64,000 nt of DNA from an uncultured Chthoniobacter sp. (GCA_964609925.1 CAZSUJ010000008.1:4785-68784), one strand, 5' to 3'. Shown: positions 35,701 through 42,484, numbered from the stretch's first letter. The notes: generated by a model not told the origin, from the letters alone. Numbers and translations are program-made.

Positions 35701-36526
35701 GACAAAGATCCTGAAAGATCGAATTGGTCTTGCTGAATCTCAGATCGACACCTTCCTGCAGCGCTTTGTCCTTCCGATTCGTCCACAATGGGACAGGAAC
35801 CTCCCAGATGAATGTCTGAAAAGCGACGTCTTTCCATGGCGGTTCTTCCGCGGACTTTCGGTATTGGTGCGGCCGTTTGTGGAAGTCCGCTGTTCGCCGA
35901 GAGTATTTGCGGTCTCAGCAACACACTTGATTAGGTGGCGTCGCTACTTGGCCAACTCAATCGCAGATGGACATCTTCCGGATAGGCTATTCAGTTCTGC
36001 GGGGATGAAGAAATATCTTGGGAGCGTAGCTGACAAGAAAGGACATGAATTCACAAAATCCGTTGCCGCGGATCTGTCGTCACTCCTGCCGAACCAACGA
36101 GTAGAAATCAGGATGACCGAGCTCGGAGCGCCATCCAGCCCTGATTTAGGTGACATTGATATTCTCGCTTGGGATGCCAAAACGGAGACCGTATTCCTCA
36201 TTGAGTGCAAGCGCCTGAAAGCGGCACTGACCGTTCCGCAGGTCATCCAACAGCTAGAAGAGTTTCGAGGAAACCAGAAAGAGAAGGACTCATTGGCTAA
36301 ACATCAGCGCCGAGTTGAATGGCTAAAGAAGAACCCCGCAAAGCTCTCGGAAATGATTGGCATTCCCGGCGAGGCTATTCGGTGGGCGCCTCTGCTTGTC
36401 ACCAGAGGACGTGTGCCAATGTCGTATCTGGATGCCTTTGGATGCCCCAAAGAGCAGGTGATTCCTGCAACGGAGCTCCCTGACCATATTGCCTCTCAAC
36501 TAGGGATGGCCAAATCGACACCCTGA
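32702..36526 (+). CDS. 1,274-aa uncharacterised restriction-linked protein with C-terminal Mrr/PD-(D/E)xK-like nuclease motif
   Basis: Uninterrupted 3.8-kb ORF in a lower-GC region, so a chance ORF is unlikely. It starts 10 nt after the hsdS stop on the same strand. C-terminal KKGHEFTKSVAADL..DLGDIDILAWDAKTETVFLIECKRLKAALTVPQVIQQLEEFRG. I found no Walker A motif by eye. Confidence 0.8.
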   Translation: MDLPGNLTPEQIEQMRAFLEHMQRFAPPSDQTIGGLCDTHEQLVEELSQFTLESAIPLISALETIPCLLETTIRIEMLVAIAVSRCKGNKQATSEALHHWLSLLDESPMALLEDPMEDVFIGYVCTDRGGFRVYQGIFSNADFNLERLGAFMAEKTNAPDFGTAYDSAIEILKVSEAIADELNHERYLVGNKSESDGLTIPAGTSITSHCSAVVFDADKIGRLGIDMAKLEPFTLTKEKSAALDSHQLFGSPIELNPLIPLDGGFVVASPTSICRAAIVRLVDAASRIGGWADTFFATESATFFVNAIVNRMGIKPLNGLKLPELPSSLPPLFPMVGQFDYGMPVIAFTKASHLSDGSDLEEMESFTKEQAIDLDEYFTKCCEACEEIEGFRGGLVLLAFAGFGKPAAFAALQPRQGWQLFTAALGDWQTLAGDQDLDAKRLWYLGLQEKLAERYNLEFVNPSGLVNLYGFWKDNDFSLIHKAIDPKNPHNMIAIDGSYSLRINSELRSIRDRHCRQSMSDAKWITLERQGRGLNPDQTANLMYVDHASAINGSLRGCVEYKEIAWWVHTKARPKNPKSRSIVYRLWECVFNWIEYTLPKVYSVTIKHRDKPIAIELTFLEVEEWNIERIIEVSEDKCGLSMQADHENCVVRLTFNEGFLRRFHRPDNIAEREIVRSVLEGAFDIYRQKVTGQELDDLTNHITKNQDTRFFHVVTSPSLESALGDTERAGPAFIPLEEISRVRVGLAQCIAASPPEKITSPIEARDFLDKAVAYLQKDVCSRLKQLDILSVVSHSFTQLDDISRDRDRWSLSTRSLQALSDNATWLQDRLRRESGRHSLAEITNRILIETAVYSHDPKAEECISQTEHATLLAKLAVMMELANHRDAIVGGFVDADITIHKNGMIDFDESFQQQVFQPYITSRVDDRIKWDADAYDSHFFNPAASDDEPTGENPEVQAFRRAFQAEFGFAFDKLTEVIDFFAELALTQQQGGGIIPSVILTKILKDRIGLAESQIDTFLQRFVLPIRPQWDRNLPDECLKSDVFPWRFFRGLSVLVRPFVEVRCSPRVFAVSATHLIRWRRYLANSIADGHLPDRLFSSAGMKKYLGSVADKKGHEFTKSVAADLSSLLPNQRVEIRMTELGAPSSPDLGDIDILAWDAKTETVFLIECKRLKAALTVPQVIQQLEEFRGNQKEKDSLAKHQRRVEWLKKNPAKLSEMIGIPGEAIRWAPLLVTRGRVPMSYLDAFGCPKEQVIPATELPDHIASQLGMAKSTP

Positions 36527-36697
36527 GATCGTCTTATGAAGGCCTACGACCAACAGCGTAATCCTTAAAGCGCGGGAGTGGCGTCAGGGTCGTCGGTGAC
36601 CTATACCGCCTCCCCTTCAGTGCGGAGGCCACACAAGCGGGCCTTGTGGCGAAAATCCCGAAGAGGCAGGCCCTGGGTCCACTGGCTCTCTCACCCT

Positions 36698-37390
36698 CTA
36701 TCCTAACTTTCGCAGCAGTTCGTGAAAAAAATACGAAGGCACGAAACGCAAGAACTCTGATTGCCGGCCTCCCCTAACGACTATGCCGACTAGGTAAACG
36801 ACCGATGTCTCGAGACAAACATCACGAAAGCCCCAAACTGCTCCGCCGCTAATTCCGTTGGGTTCTGACATGCGATTCGCGACCGGCAGTTTCACCACTC
36901 CTAGCCCACAACTGTCGTAACGGCAAAGGGTTCCTTCCCCATAGTAGAGATCGGTTTTTATGGCCTTCTTATCAAGATCAAACATTCTTTCACATTCAGG
37001 ATAGCCACAAAAGGCAATGTCAGCCTTAATGGAAGGATAAAGGCCCTTCTTTAGTGAATAGGGGAAGAAAATGGACTCTGAATAGGTGTCGTCCAAATTG
37101 GTAAAGATCAATACAAGTATATCGCACAGTGAATCACCGCTCCCCACCCGGGCAAGTTCCACAGCTGTATTGACCGTAAACACAGGCGAATTTCTAACAA
37201 ACGAGTCTACTGGAATTCGCATCTCCGAAAGATCTCGGTCCTTCGGTAGACAGTGTCTGGCAGTTAATGCTACACGAGACTTTCCAATCTTGAGTAATAC
37301 ACATGATCCTCCGACGGAGATGGGAAGACTGCTATCCGTATTCTCCCAAAGTATTGGACGAACATGTTTCGCGAGGTCGATAACTCTCAT
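36698..37390 (-). CDS. cytoplasmic trypsin-like (chymotrypsin-fold) serine peptidase, predicted
   Basis: 230 aa with no signal peptide. Candidate catalytic triad in the canonical order: ALTARHCL (His), CDILVLIF (Asp), NGISGGAVWG (Ser, GxSGG). Confidence 0.7.
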   Translation of the reverse strand: MRVIDLAKHVRPILWENTDSSLPISVGGSCVLLKIGKSRVALTARHCLPKDRDLSEMRIPVDSFVRNSPVFTVNTAVELARVGSGDSLCDILVLIFTNLDDTYSESIFFPYSLKKGLYPSIKADIAFCGYPECERMFDLDKKAIKTDLYYGEGTLCRYDSCGLGVVKLPVANRMSEPNGISGGAVWGFRDVCLETSVVYLVGIVVRGGRQSEFLRFVPSYFFHELLRKLG

Positions 37391-37694
37391 GGGTAGTTCT
37401 CGGTAAGTGTGGAATATGCCCGACCACCAAATGACTAGATCATTTTACTTAACACCCGAAACAGGGTGATATGCCGATGATGTGGGTGGTTGCCTGCATG
37501 GTCTAAGCGAAATGATAGCTTGGAACCACGCCCGGCAAAAGAGAGAAATCGGGGCGGGGGCACGAAATCAGATTCAAACATTGGCCTAACACGCCGTTCT
37601 GGGCGTTAAGCCAATGAAGGCCGGGCCTTCACCATTTCTTGACGGTTCAGCCCTGCCGCATGGCTCTTCAGCCGTTCGGCGAGGAGCGGCGGTT

Positions 37695-37740
37695 TCATTT
37701 CTCGGAGCAGATCGCGCGGAAGGCGTTGGGTTCGGAGGAA
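37695..37740 (-). pseudogene. degenerate third copy of the host-gene 3' end
   Basis: The minus strand reads ..SEPNAFRAICSEK-stop, compared with ..SEPAAFFRAIYTEE-stop in the intact gene. Confidence 0.3.
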
Positions 37741-37754
37741 GGATGCGACGGTGG

Positions 37755-37799
37755 GGACACCGCCGCTACAGCTCGGCGGAAACTGTAGGGGCGGTGTCC
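37755..37799. repeat. strong stem-loop (17-nt arms, 16 paired)
   Basis: GGACACCGCCGCTACAG (37755-37771) pairs with CTGTAGGGGCGGTGTCC (37783-37799). There is one mismatch and an 11-nt loop. Confidence 0.55.
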
Positions 37800-37829
37800 A
37801 CACCGCCCGGTCCCAGCTCTCCAACAAAC

Positions 37830-37925
37830 TCCCTCAACGATCATCTCTCAACCCTCAACACCGCCCCCTCTCTCATTCCTCGGTATAGATCGCGCGGAAG
37901 AAGGCGTTGGCTTCGGACGTGGGGG
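37830..37925 (-). pseudogene. 96-nt duplicate of host-gene 3' end plus downstream spacer
   Basis: Aligns without indels to 38608..38703 with 10 mismatches by eye. Retains ..TSEANAFFRAIYTEE-stop (stop at 37873-37875) but has no ORF upstream. Confidence 0.6.
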
Positions 37926-38028
37926 ACGATGAAATCCTGACGGATGGAGAGTGTTCAGTTTTCAGTGCTGGGAGTCGGGGCGGGAATCGGCGTTTGCGAC
38001 GCCTGCGACCGCGGGTTAGGCTGCGGAC

Positions 38029-38205
38029 ATGAGCACCGCGGTTCTTGAGCTGAAGGAAAAAGTCGAGCGCCTCACTCCCGAGGAGCGGGCCGAATTGATG
38101 CAGATCCTCGAAGACATAGAGGACAATGCGTTGGCGGATAAGGCTGAGGCGGAGGGGAACTGGACGTCGTTCGACACCTTGAAGAAGGAATTGGGTCGCG
38201 CATGA
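38029..38205 (+). CDS. small antitoxin (addiction-module component) paired with RelE/ParE
   Basis: 58-aa ORF absent from the track. I read MSTAVLELKEKVERLTPEERAELMQILEDIEDNALADKAEAEGNWTSFDTLKKELGRA. ATGA overlap with the toxin start. Confidence 0.6.
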   Translation: MSTAVLELKEKVERLTPEERAELMQILEDIEDNALADKAEAEGNWTSFDTLKKELGRA

Positions 38206-38465
38206 CCTGGGAGGTCGTCTTCAGCGACTCCTCCAAGAAGTTCCTGAAGAAACTGCGGGACGCCGCGCTTCTCGACCGCCTGCTGGCCGCACTGGAGAAA
38301 CTGGCGACCAACCCGCGGCCGCAGGGATGCCGCAAGCTTTCTGGGACAACGGATCGCTACCGGATTCGCGTCGGGGATTACCGGATCATTTACCGCATCG
38401 ACGACGGAAAGGTGACCGTGCTTGTGCTGGTCATCGGTCATCGGCGCGAGGTTTACGACGGCTGA
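38202..38465 (+). CDS. RelE/ParE-family type II toxin
   Basis: 87 aa. FLKKL..NPRPQGCRKLSGTTDRYRIRVGDYRIIYRIDDGKVTVLVLVIGHRREVY is a classic RelE/ParE pattern. Confidence 0.85.
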   Translation: MTWEVVFSDSSKKFLKKLRDAALLDRLLAALEKLATNPRPQGCRKLSGTTDRYRIRVGDYRIIYRIDDGKVTVLVLVIGHRREVYDG

Positions 38466-38650
38466 GCAGGAAGGCTGCGACGGTGGGGATTGCGGCGTTG
38501 AGGGTCTATGGTTGAAGGTTGAGGGACCGAAAGGCAGCAGGTTGCGAACGAGTGGCCGGTTGCCCTGCGAGGTAGGCTTGGCAACGGCTTGTCGCCTCGG
38601 TCTTCAATCCCTCAACGCTCATCTCTCAACCCTCAACACCGTCTCCTCTC

Positions 38651-41600
38651 TCACTCCTCCGTGTAGATCGCGCGGAAGAAGGCGGCGGGTTCGGAGGTGG
38701 GGGCGGTGAGTTGGAGGAGGTTGCCGGGGGGGGCGGAGAGGCCGTCGTTGCCGGGGGCGGTCCAGTTGGTCCAGGAGAGGAGGTTGCCGGAGGTCTGGAT
38801 GCGGACGCCACGGCCCGGGAGCGAAGACACGGAGACAGTGACTTGTCCGGCGCCGGCGGCGACGGCGGGGACGGGGGTGGCGTCGGGGCGGAGGGGGTCG
38901 GTGCCGGCGAGGAATTCGGCCATGTTGGTGCGTCCGTCGAGGTCGGCATCGAAGGTGCCCTCGCCTTCCGGCGAGCTGGACGAGGCGAAGCGGGCGAGGC
39001 GCCATTGCGGGTAGCTCTGGCGGGCGGGGAGTTCGAGGCGGATCCAATCGATGAGGAGCTGGACGCCGTCGGCATCGACCTCGCTGGTGGCGAGCGGGGG
39101 CATGCGGGTGTAGCCGTTGCGGGCGGCGGCGCGGTTGACGACGATCGAGTTGGTGTCGTTGCCGGGGACGAGCAGGCGGTGGGCGGGATTGAGGGCGGAG
39201 GGCGAGGTGCCGTTGACGAGGCCGGTGTCGAAGAGTTTGAGGTTCGGGCTGGCGTCCCATGCGGCCGGGGCGGTGCCGCCGGTGCTGTGGCAGTAGGCGC
39301 AATTGACGGCGAGGTAGGAGCGGGCGCGGGCCTCGAGCGAGTAGGTGGTCTCGGTCGGGGCGACGTGGCGCGGCAGGTCGGTGTCGGTGAGTCCGGTGAG
39401 GTAACCGGCCTGAGCGAGGCGCTGGATGAAATTGCCGGAGACGCCGGCGATCTGTCCGTCGCGGCTGAGCTGGCGGGTGCGGAACGAGAGGGCGTGTCCG
39501 GCCTGGGGCGAGTGGCAGGTCATGCACTCGGATTGCGAGGGGATGCGCCAGCGCTGCAGGCGTTGCGTGCCGCCTTCGGTGACGGTGATGTCGAATTCCT
39601 CGCCGGCCACGTCGGCGAGGGTGGCGACGGTGCCGTTGGTGTTCCAGCGGTAGGAAACGCCGTAGGCGCCGGTGGAGTTGCGGACGAGGATGCGGGTCTC
39701 GAGGCGGCGGGCGGTGGCGGGATTGCCGCGGGTCGTTTCGAGGTCGAAGTGCTTCACCCAGATCGTGCCGTCGGGCAGCGTCCAGTTGCCCTCGCGGGAG
39801 AAGACGGCGGTGGTGTTGGTCTGCGGCATGCCGAACCAGCGGCGTTTCTTCGCGTGGTCGGACCAGAACGGGAGGTTGACGTCGTAGGCGACGAGGCCGG
39901 GGTTGGGCGTGAGCGCGGCGGGGTCGGCGAAGAGGCCGGTGTCGGCCAGCGTCGCGGGGAAGCCGGAGGTGACTGACTGCGCGACGAGGCGGCGGATGAG
40001 CCCGCTGTCGAGGTCGGCGAAAAGGACGTCGCCATTCGAAGGGTCGCGTCCGATCCCGGCGATCCCGCCCTCGCCGGCGATGCGTTCGGCGACGGGGGGC
40101 GCGACCGTGTCGTCGAGCGACCAGATGTTGCCCGAGACGTAATCGGCGAAGATGTATTTGCCGGCGAGCGAGGGGATGCGGTTGCCGCGGTAAACGATGC
40201 CGCCGGTGACCGAGCGGCCCTGCATGGTGCCGCTGCCGTGGGAATACTCGTAAAAGGGCGGATGGGAGTTGGTCCAGCCGGGCGGACGGCTGTTCCACTT
40301 CGCCCCTTCCAGCGTGCCTTCGCGGAAGGCCCATTCGTAATTGCCGCCCCGGACGATGCGGTTGATCTCCTCGCGGGCGCCCTGTCCGACATCGGCGCAC
40401 CAGAGGATGCCGGTGGCGGGGTCGAACGACATGCGCCACGGGTTGCGCAGGCCGACGGCCCAGAATTCCGTGCGGACGTTCGTGGGATTGACCGTGGAGC
40501 TGAGGAAATTCGTGGCGCCGACCCACGGGTTGTCCGCGGGGACTTCGTAGCGCGGGTAGCCGTTCGTATCGAGCGCGACGGCCGGATGCGGGTTCGGGCG
40601 GAGGTTGGCATCGTCGCCCGCGCCGGTGCCGGACGGCGTGAGGTCGGGCGCTTCGAGGTCCACGTCGATGCGGGTGATGGACGACCAGAAATCGCGGTCG
40701 ATGAGCTGCGAGTTGTTGAGTGTGTCGTTGGCGTTCCCCTCGTCGCCCCAGCTCATGTAGAGGTAGCCGTCCGGCCCGAAGTGCAGGTCGCCGCCGTTGT
40801 GGTTCTCGGCATCGTTGGCCTGCTGGATGAGGATGCGCTCGGAGTTGGTGATGGCGACGTTGGAGTTGGTCGGCGAGGCGGTGAACTCGGACAGGCGCTG
40901 CACGCGCGCTCCGCCGACCGTGGTGGAATAGACGACGAAGAAGCGGCGGTTGGTCGCATAGTCCGGGTGGAAGGCGACGCCGAGCAGACCCTGCTCGCTC
41001 TCGGTCTGGAAAACCTCGGCGGGGGCGGCGGTGCGGCTGTTGACGAGCGCGTCGAGATCGAGGAAGACGCTGCGGGCCGGGGAGGCGAGGTTCGGGATGA
41101 CCACGAGGTCGCCCGTTTTCTCGAGGATGAAGACGCGGTTCGTCTCGCCGGGCGGGGCCACGATGCCGAGGGGCTGGGAGAAGGAGAGGCCGGGGAAGGC
41201 GTTGGTCAGCGCGATGGACTGCGGAGGCGGGGCCGAAGGCATGGCCGCATGCGGCATGGGCAGGCGCGGGGCGGTGCTGACATTCACCGTGACGCTCGAA
41301 GTGCTGGCGAGTCCGGCCGCATCGCGGATGCGGTAGGTGAACGAGTCGGACGTGGTGTTCGTGGCCGTGTGCGTGTAGCGGATGAGGCGGTTGGGTGCGT
41401 CCACCGTGGTGTTGCCGCGGGTCGGAGGCGTGACGATTTCGAGCGTCGAGGGGACGAGGTCGGCGGAGCCGTTGGGATCCACGTCATTGCGCAGGACGGG
41501 GACGCCGACCGTTCCCCCGAGGCCGATGGTGGTGGTGTCAGGCTGCGCCTCGGGCGCGAGGTTCTGCCACGGGCTGAGGCGGCTGCCGGGGATGACGGCG

Positions 41601-42118
41601 AGGGATTGTCCCGGGTAGGACCAGCCGACGCCGAGATTGTCGCCGCCGGTGCCTTCCTTGTGCAGGGCCTCGATGAAGTAGATGCGCCCGGCGACGAGCG
41701 GGATGGTGACGGAGGTTTGCTGCGGGAACTTGGTCCATTCGTTCGGGTTCGTCCACTCGGGCACCGAGGCGATGAGGCGGCGGCTGTCGGGCGAGCTGTT
41801 CGTGCCGAGCCAGAGCTCGCAATTGTCGTCGCCGTGGATCGAGAACGTGTAGTTCCCGGTGACGGGCGCGTGGACCCAGCCGAAGACGCGCGTGCCGTAG
41901 TTGTCGGCGACGTTCACCGGCGCTTGGAAGTTTGTGAGCGTGTTCGTGCTGGAGGGCGAGGCCGGGTAGCTCGGGAGGCCGGTGAGGTTGGCCACCGCGG
42001 TGCCGCCGACGCCGGTCCAGACGTGGCGCGTGATCGATCCGGTGGCGGGCTGCGCGGAAAGCCCCTCCCCGCCCAAGAGGACGAGGCCGGCCGAAAGGGC
42101 GGCGCGCAGGGGGACCAT
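38651..42118 (-). CDS. secreted PA14 / Ig-like / PQQ-type sugar dehydrogenase beta-propeller / di-haem cytochrome c fusion protein
   Basis: ATG 42118 gives the signal MVPLRAALSAGLVLLGGEGLSAQ. PA14-like GNYTFSIHGDDNCELWLG, SGDH-like LLGVAFHPDYATNRRFFVVYS..GGDLHFGPDGYLYMS, and two CxxCH motifs (CMTCH, CAYCH). Confidence 0.8.
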   Translation of the reverse strand: MVPLRAALSAGLVLLGGEGLSAQPATGSITRHVWTGVGGTAVANLTGLPSYPASPSSTNTLTNFQAPVNVADNYGTRVFGWVHAPVTGNYTFSIHGDDNCELWLGTNSSPDSRRLIASVPEWTNPNEWTKFPQQTSVTIPLVAGRIYFIEALHKEGTGGDNLGVGWSYPGQSLAVIPGSRLSPWQNLAPEAQPDTTTIGLGGTVGVPVLRNDVDPNGSADLVPSTLEIVTPPTRGNTTVDAPNRLIRYTHTATNTTSDSFTYRIRDAAGLASTSSVTVNVSTAPRLPMPHAAMPSAPPPQSIALTNAFPGLSFSQPLGIVAPPGETNRVFILEKTGDLVVIPNLASPARSVFLDLDALVNSRTAAPAEVFQTESEQGLLGVAFHPDYATNRRFFVVYSTTVGGARVQRLSEFTASPTNSNVAITNSERILIQQANDAENHNGGDLHFGPDGYLYMSWGDEGNANDTLNNSQLIDRDFWSSITRIDVDLEAPDLTPSGTGAGDDANLRPNPHPAVALDTNGYPRYEVPADNPWVGATNFLSSTVNPTNVRTEFWAVGLRNPWRMSFDPATGILWCADVGQGAREEINRIVRGGNYEWAFREGTLEGAKWNSRPPGWTNSHPPFYEYSHGSGTMQGRSVTGGIVYRGNRIPSLAGKYIFADYVSGNIWSLDDTVAPPVAERIAGEGGIAGIGRDPSNGDVLFADLDSGLIRRLVAQSVTSGFPATLADTGLFADPAALTPNPGLVAYDVNLPFWSDHAKKRRWFGMPQTNTTAVFSREGNWTLPDGTIWVKHFDLETTRGNPATARRLETRILVRNSTGAYGVSYRWNTNGTVATLADVAGEEFDITVTEGGTQRLQRWRIPSQSECMTCHSPQAGHALSFRTRQLSRDGQIAGVSGNFIQRLAQAGYLTGLTDTDLPRHVAPTETTYSLEARARSYLAVNCAYCHSTGGTAPAAWDASPNLKLFDTGLVNGTSPSALNPAHRLLVPGNDTNSIVVNRAAARNGYTRMPPLATSEVDADGVQLLIDWIRLELPARQSYPQWRLARFASSSSPEGEGTFDADLDGRTNMAEFLAGTDPLRPDATPVPAVAAGAGQVTVSVSSLPGRGVRIQTSGNLLSWTNWTAPGNDGLSAPPGNLLQLTAPTSEPAAFFRAIYTEE

Positions 42119-42148
42119 GGCGGGGAAAATCGGCCGTGGCGCGGTGCC

Positions 42149-42166
42149 GGTCAACCGGGAATCAAG
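42149..42166 (+). repeat. 18-nt perfect direct repeat, left copy
   Basis: GGTCAACCGGGAATCAAG is identical to 42857..42874. The two copies bracket the DUF433/DUF5615 cassette. Confidence 0.7.
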
Positions 42167-42232
42167 AGAGGGAACCCGCGGGAACGCCAAACGCCATTTG
42201 CGGGCGGTCGACTGGCATGGTAAGTGGTCGGC

Positions 42233-42484
42233 ATGGCCGCAGTGCTGACCGCTGACCAGATCATCGTCCGCGACCCCACGGTTTGCGGAGGCCAGCCGGT
42301 GATCAAGGGGACAAGAGTGACCTTGCGCACAATTCTGGCCACCCTCGCGGAGGGAGCTTCAGTCGAGGAGATCACCAAGGCATTCCCCACCCTGCGCGCC
42401 GCCGATGTTCAAGCTGTGATTGCTTACGCTGCATCTTCAGCGGAGGAAGACTTGCCCGTGAGCGGCTTGCCAACCGGCTTGTGA
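42233..42484 (+). CDS. DUF433-family antitoxin-like protein
   Basis: ATG 42233 inside ORF 42224..42484. DPTVCGGQPVIKGTRVTLRTIL..GASVEEITKAFPTL is the DUF433 signature. Confidence 0.75.
   Translation: MAAVLTADQIIVRDPTVCGGQPVIKGTRVTLRTILATLAEGASVEEITKAFPTLRAADVQAVIAYAASSAEEDLPVSGLPTGL

Noticed and set aside
36527-36697. Bidirectional terminator between ORF1274 and the protease (GCCACA..TGTGGC around 36630).
   Set aside because: Only a 6-bp uninterrupted stem and no T-tract, which is too weak to call.
42120-42150. TTGAC(C) within the left 18-nt repeat read as a -35 box for a leaderless dehydrogenase transcript.
   Set aside because: The best -10 candidate at the right spacing is GATTTT, which is poor. 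The promoter consensus for this lineage is unknown to me, so this stays speculative.
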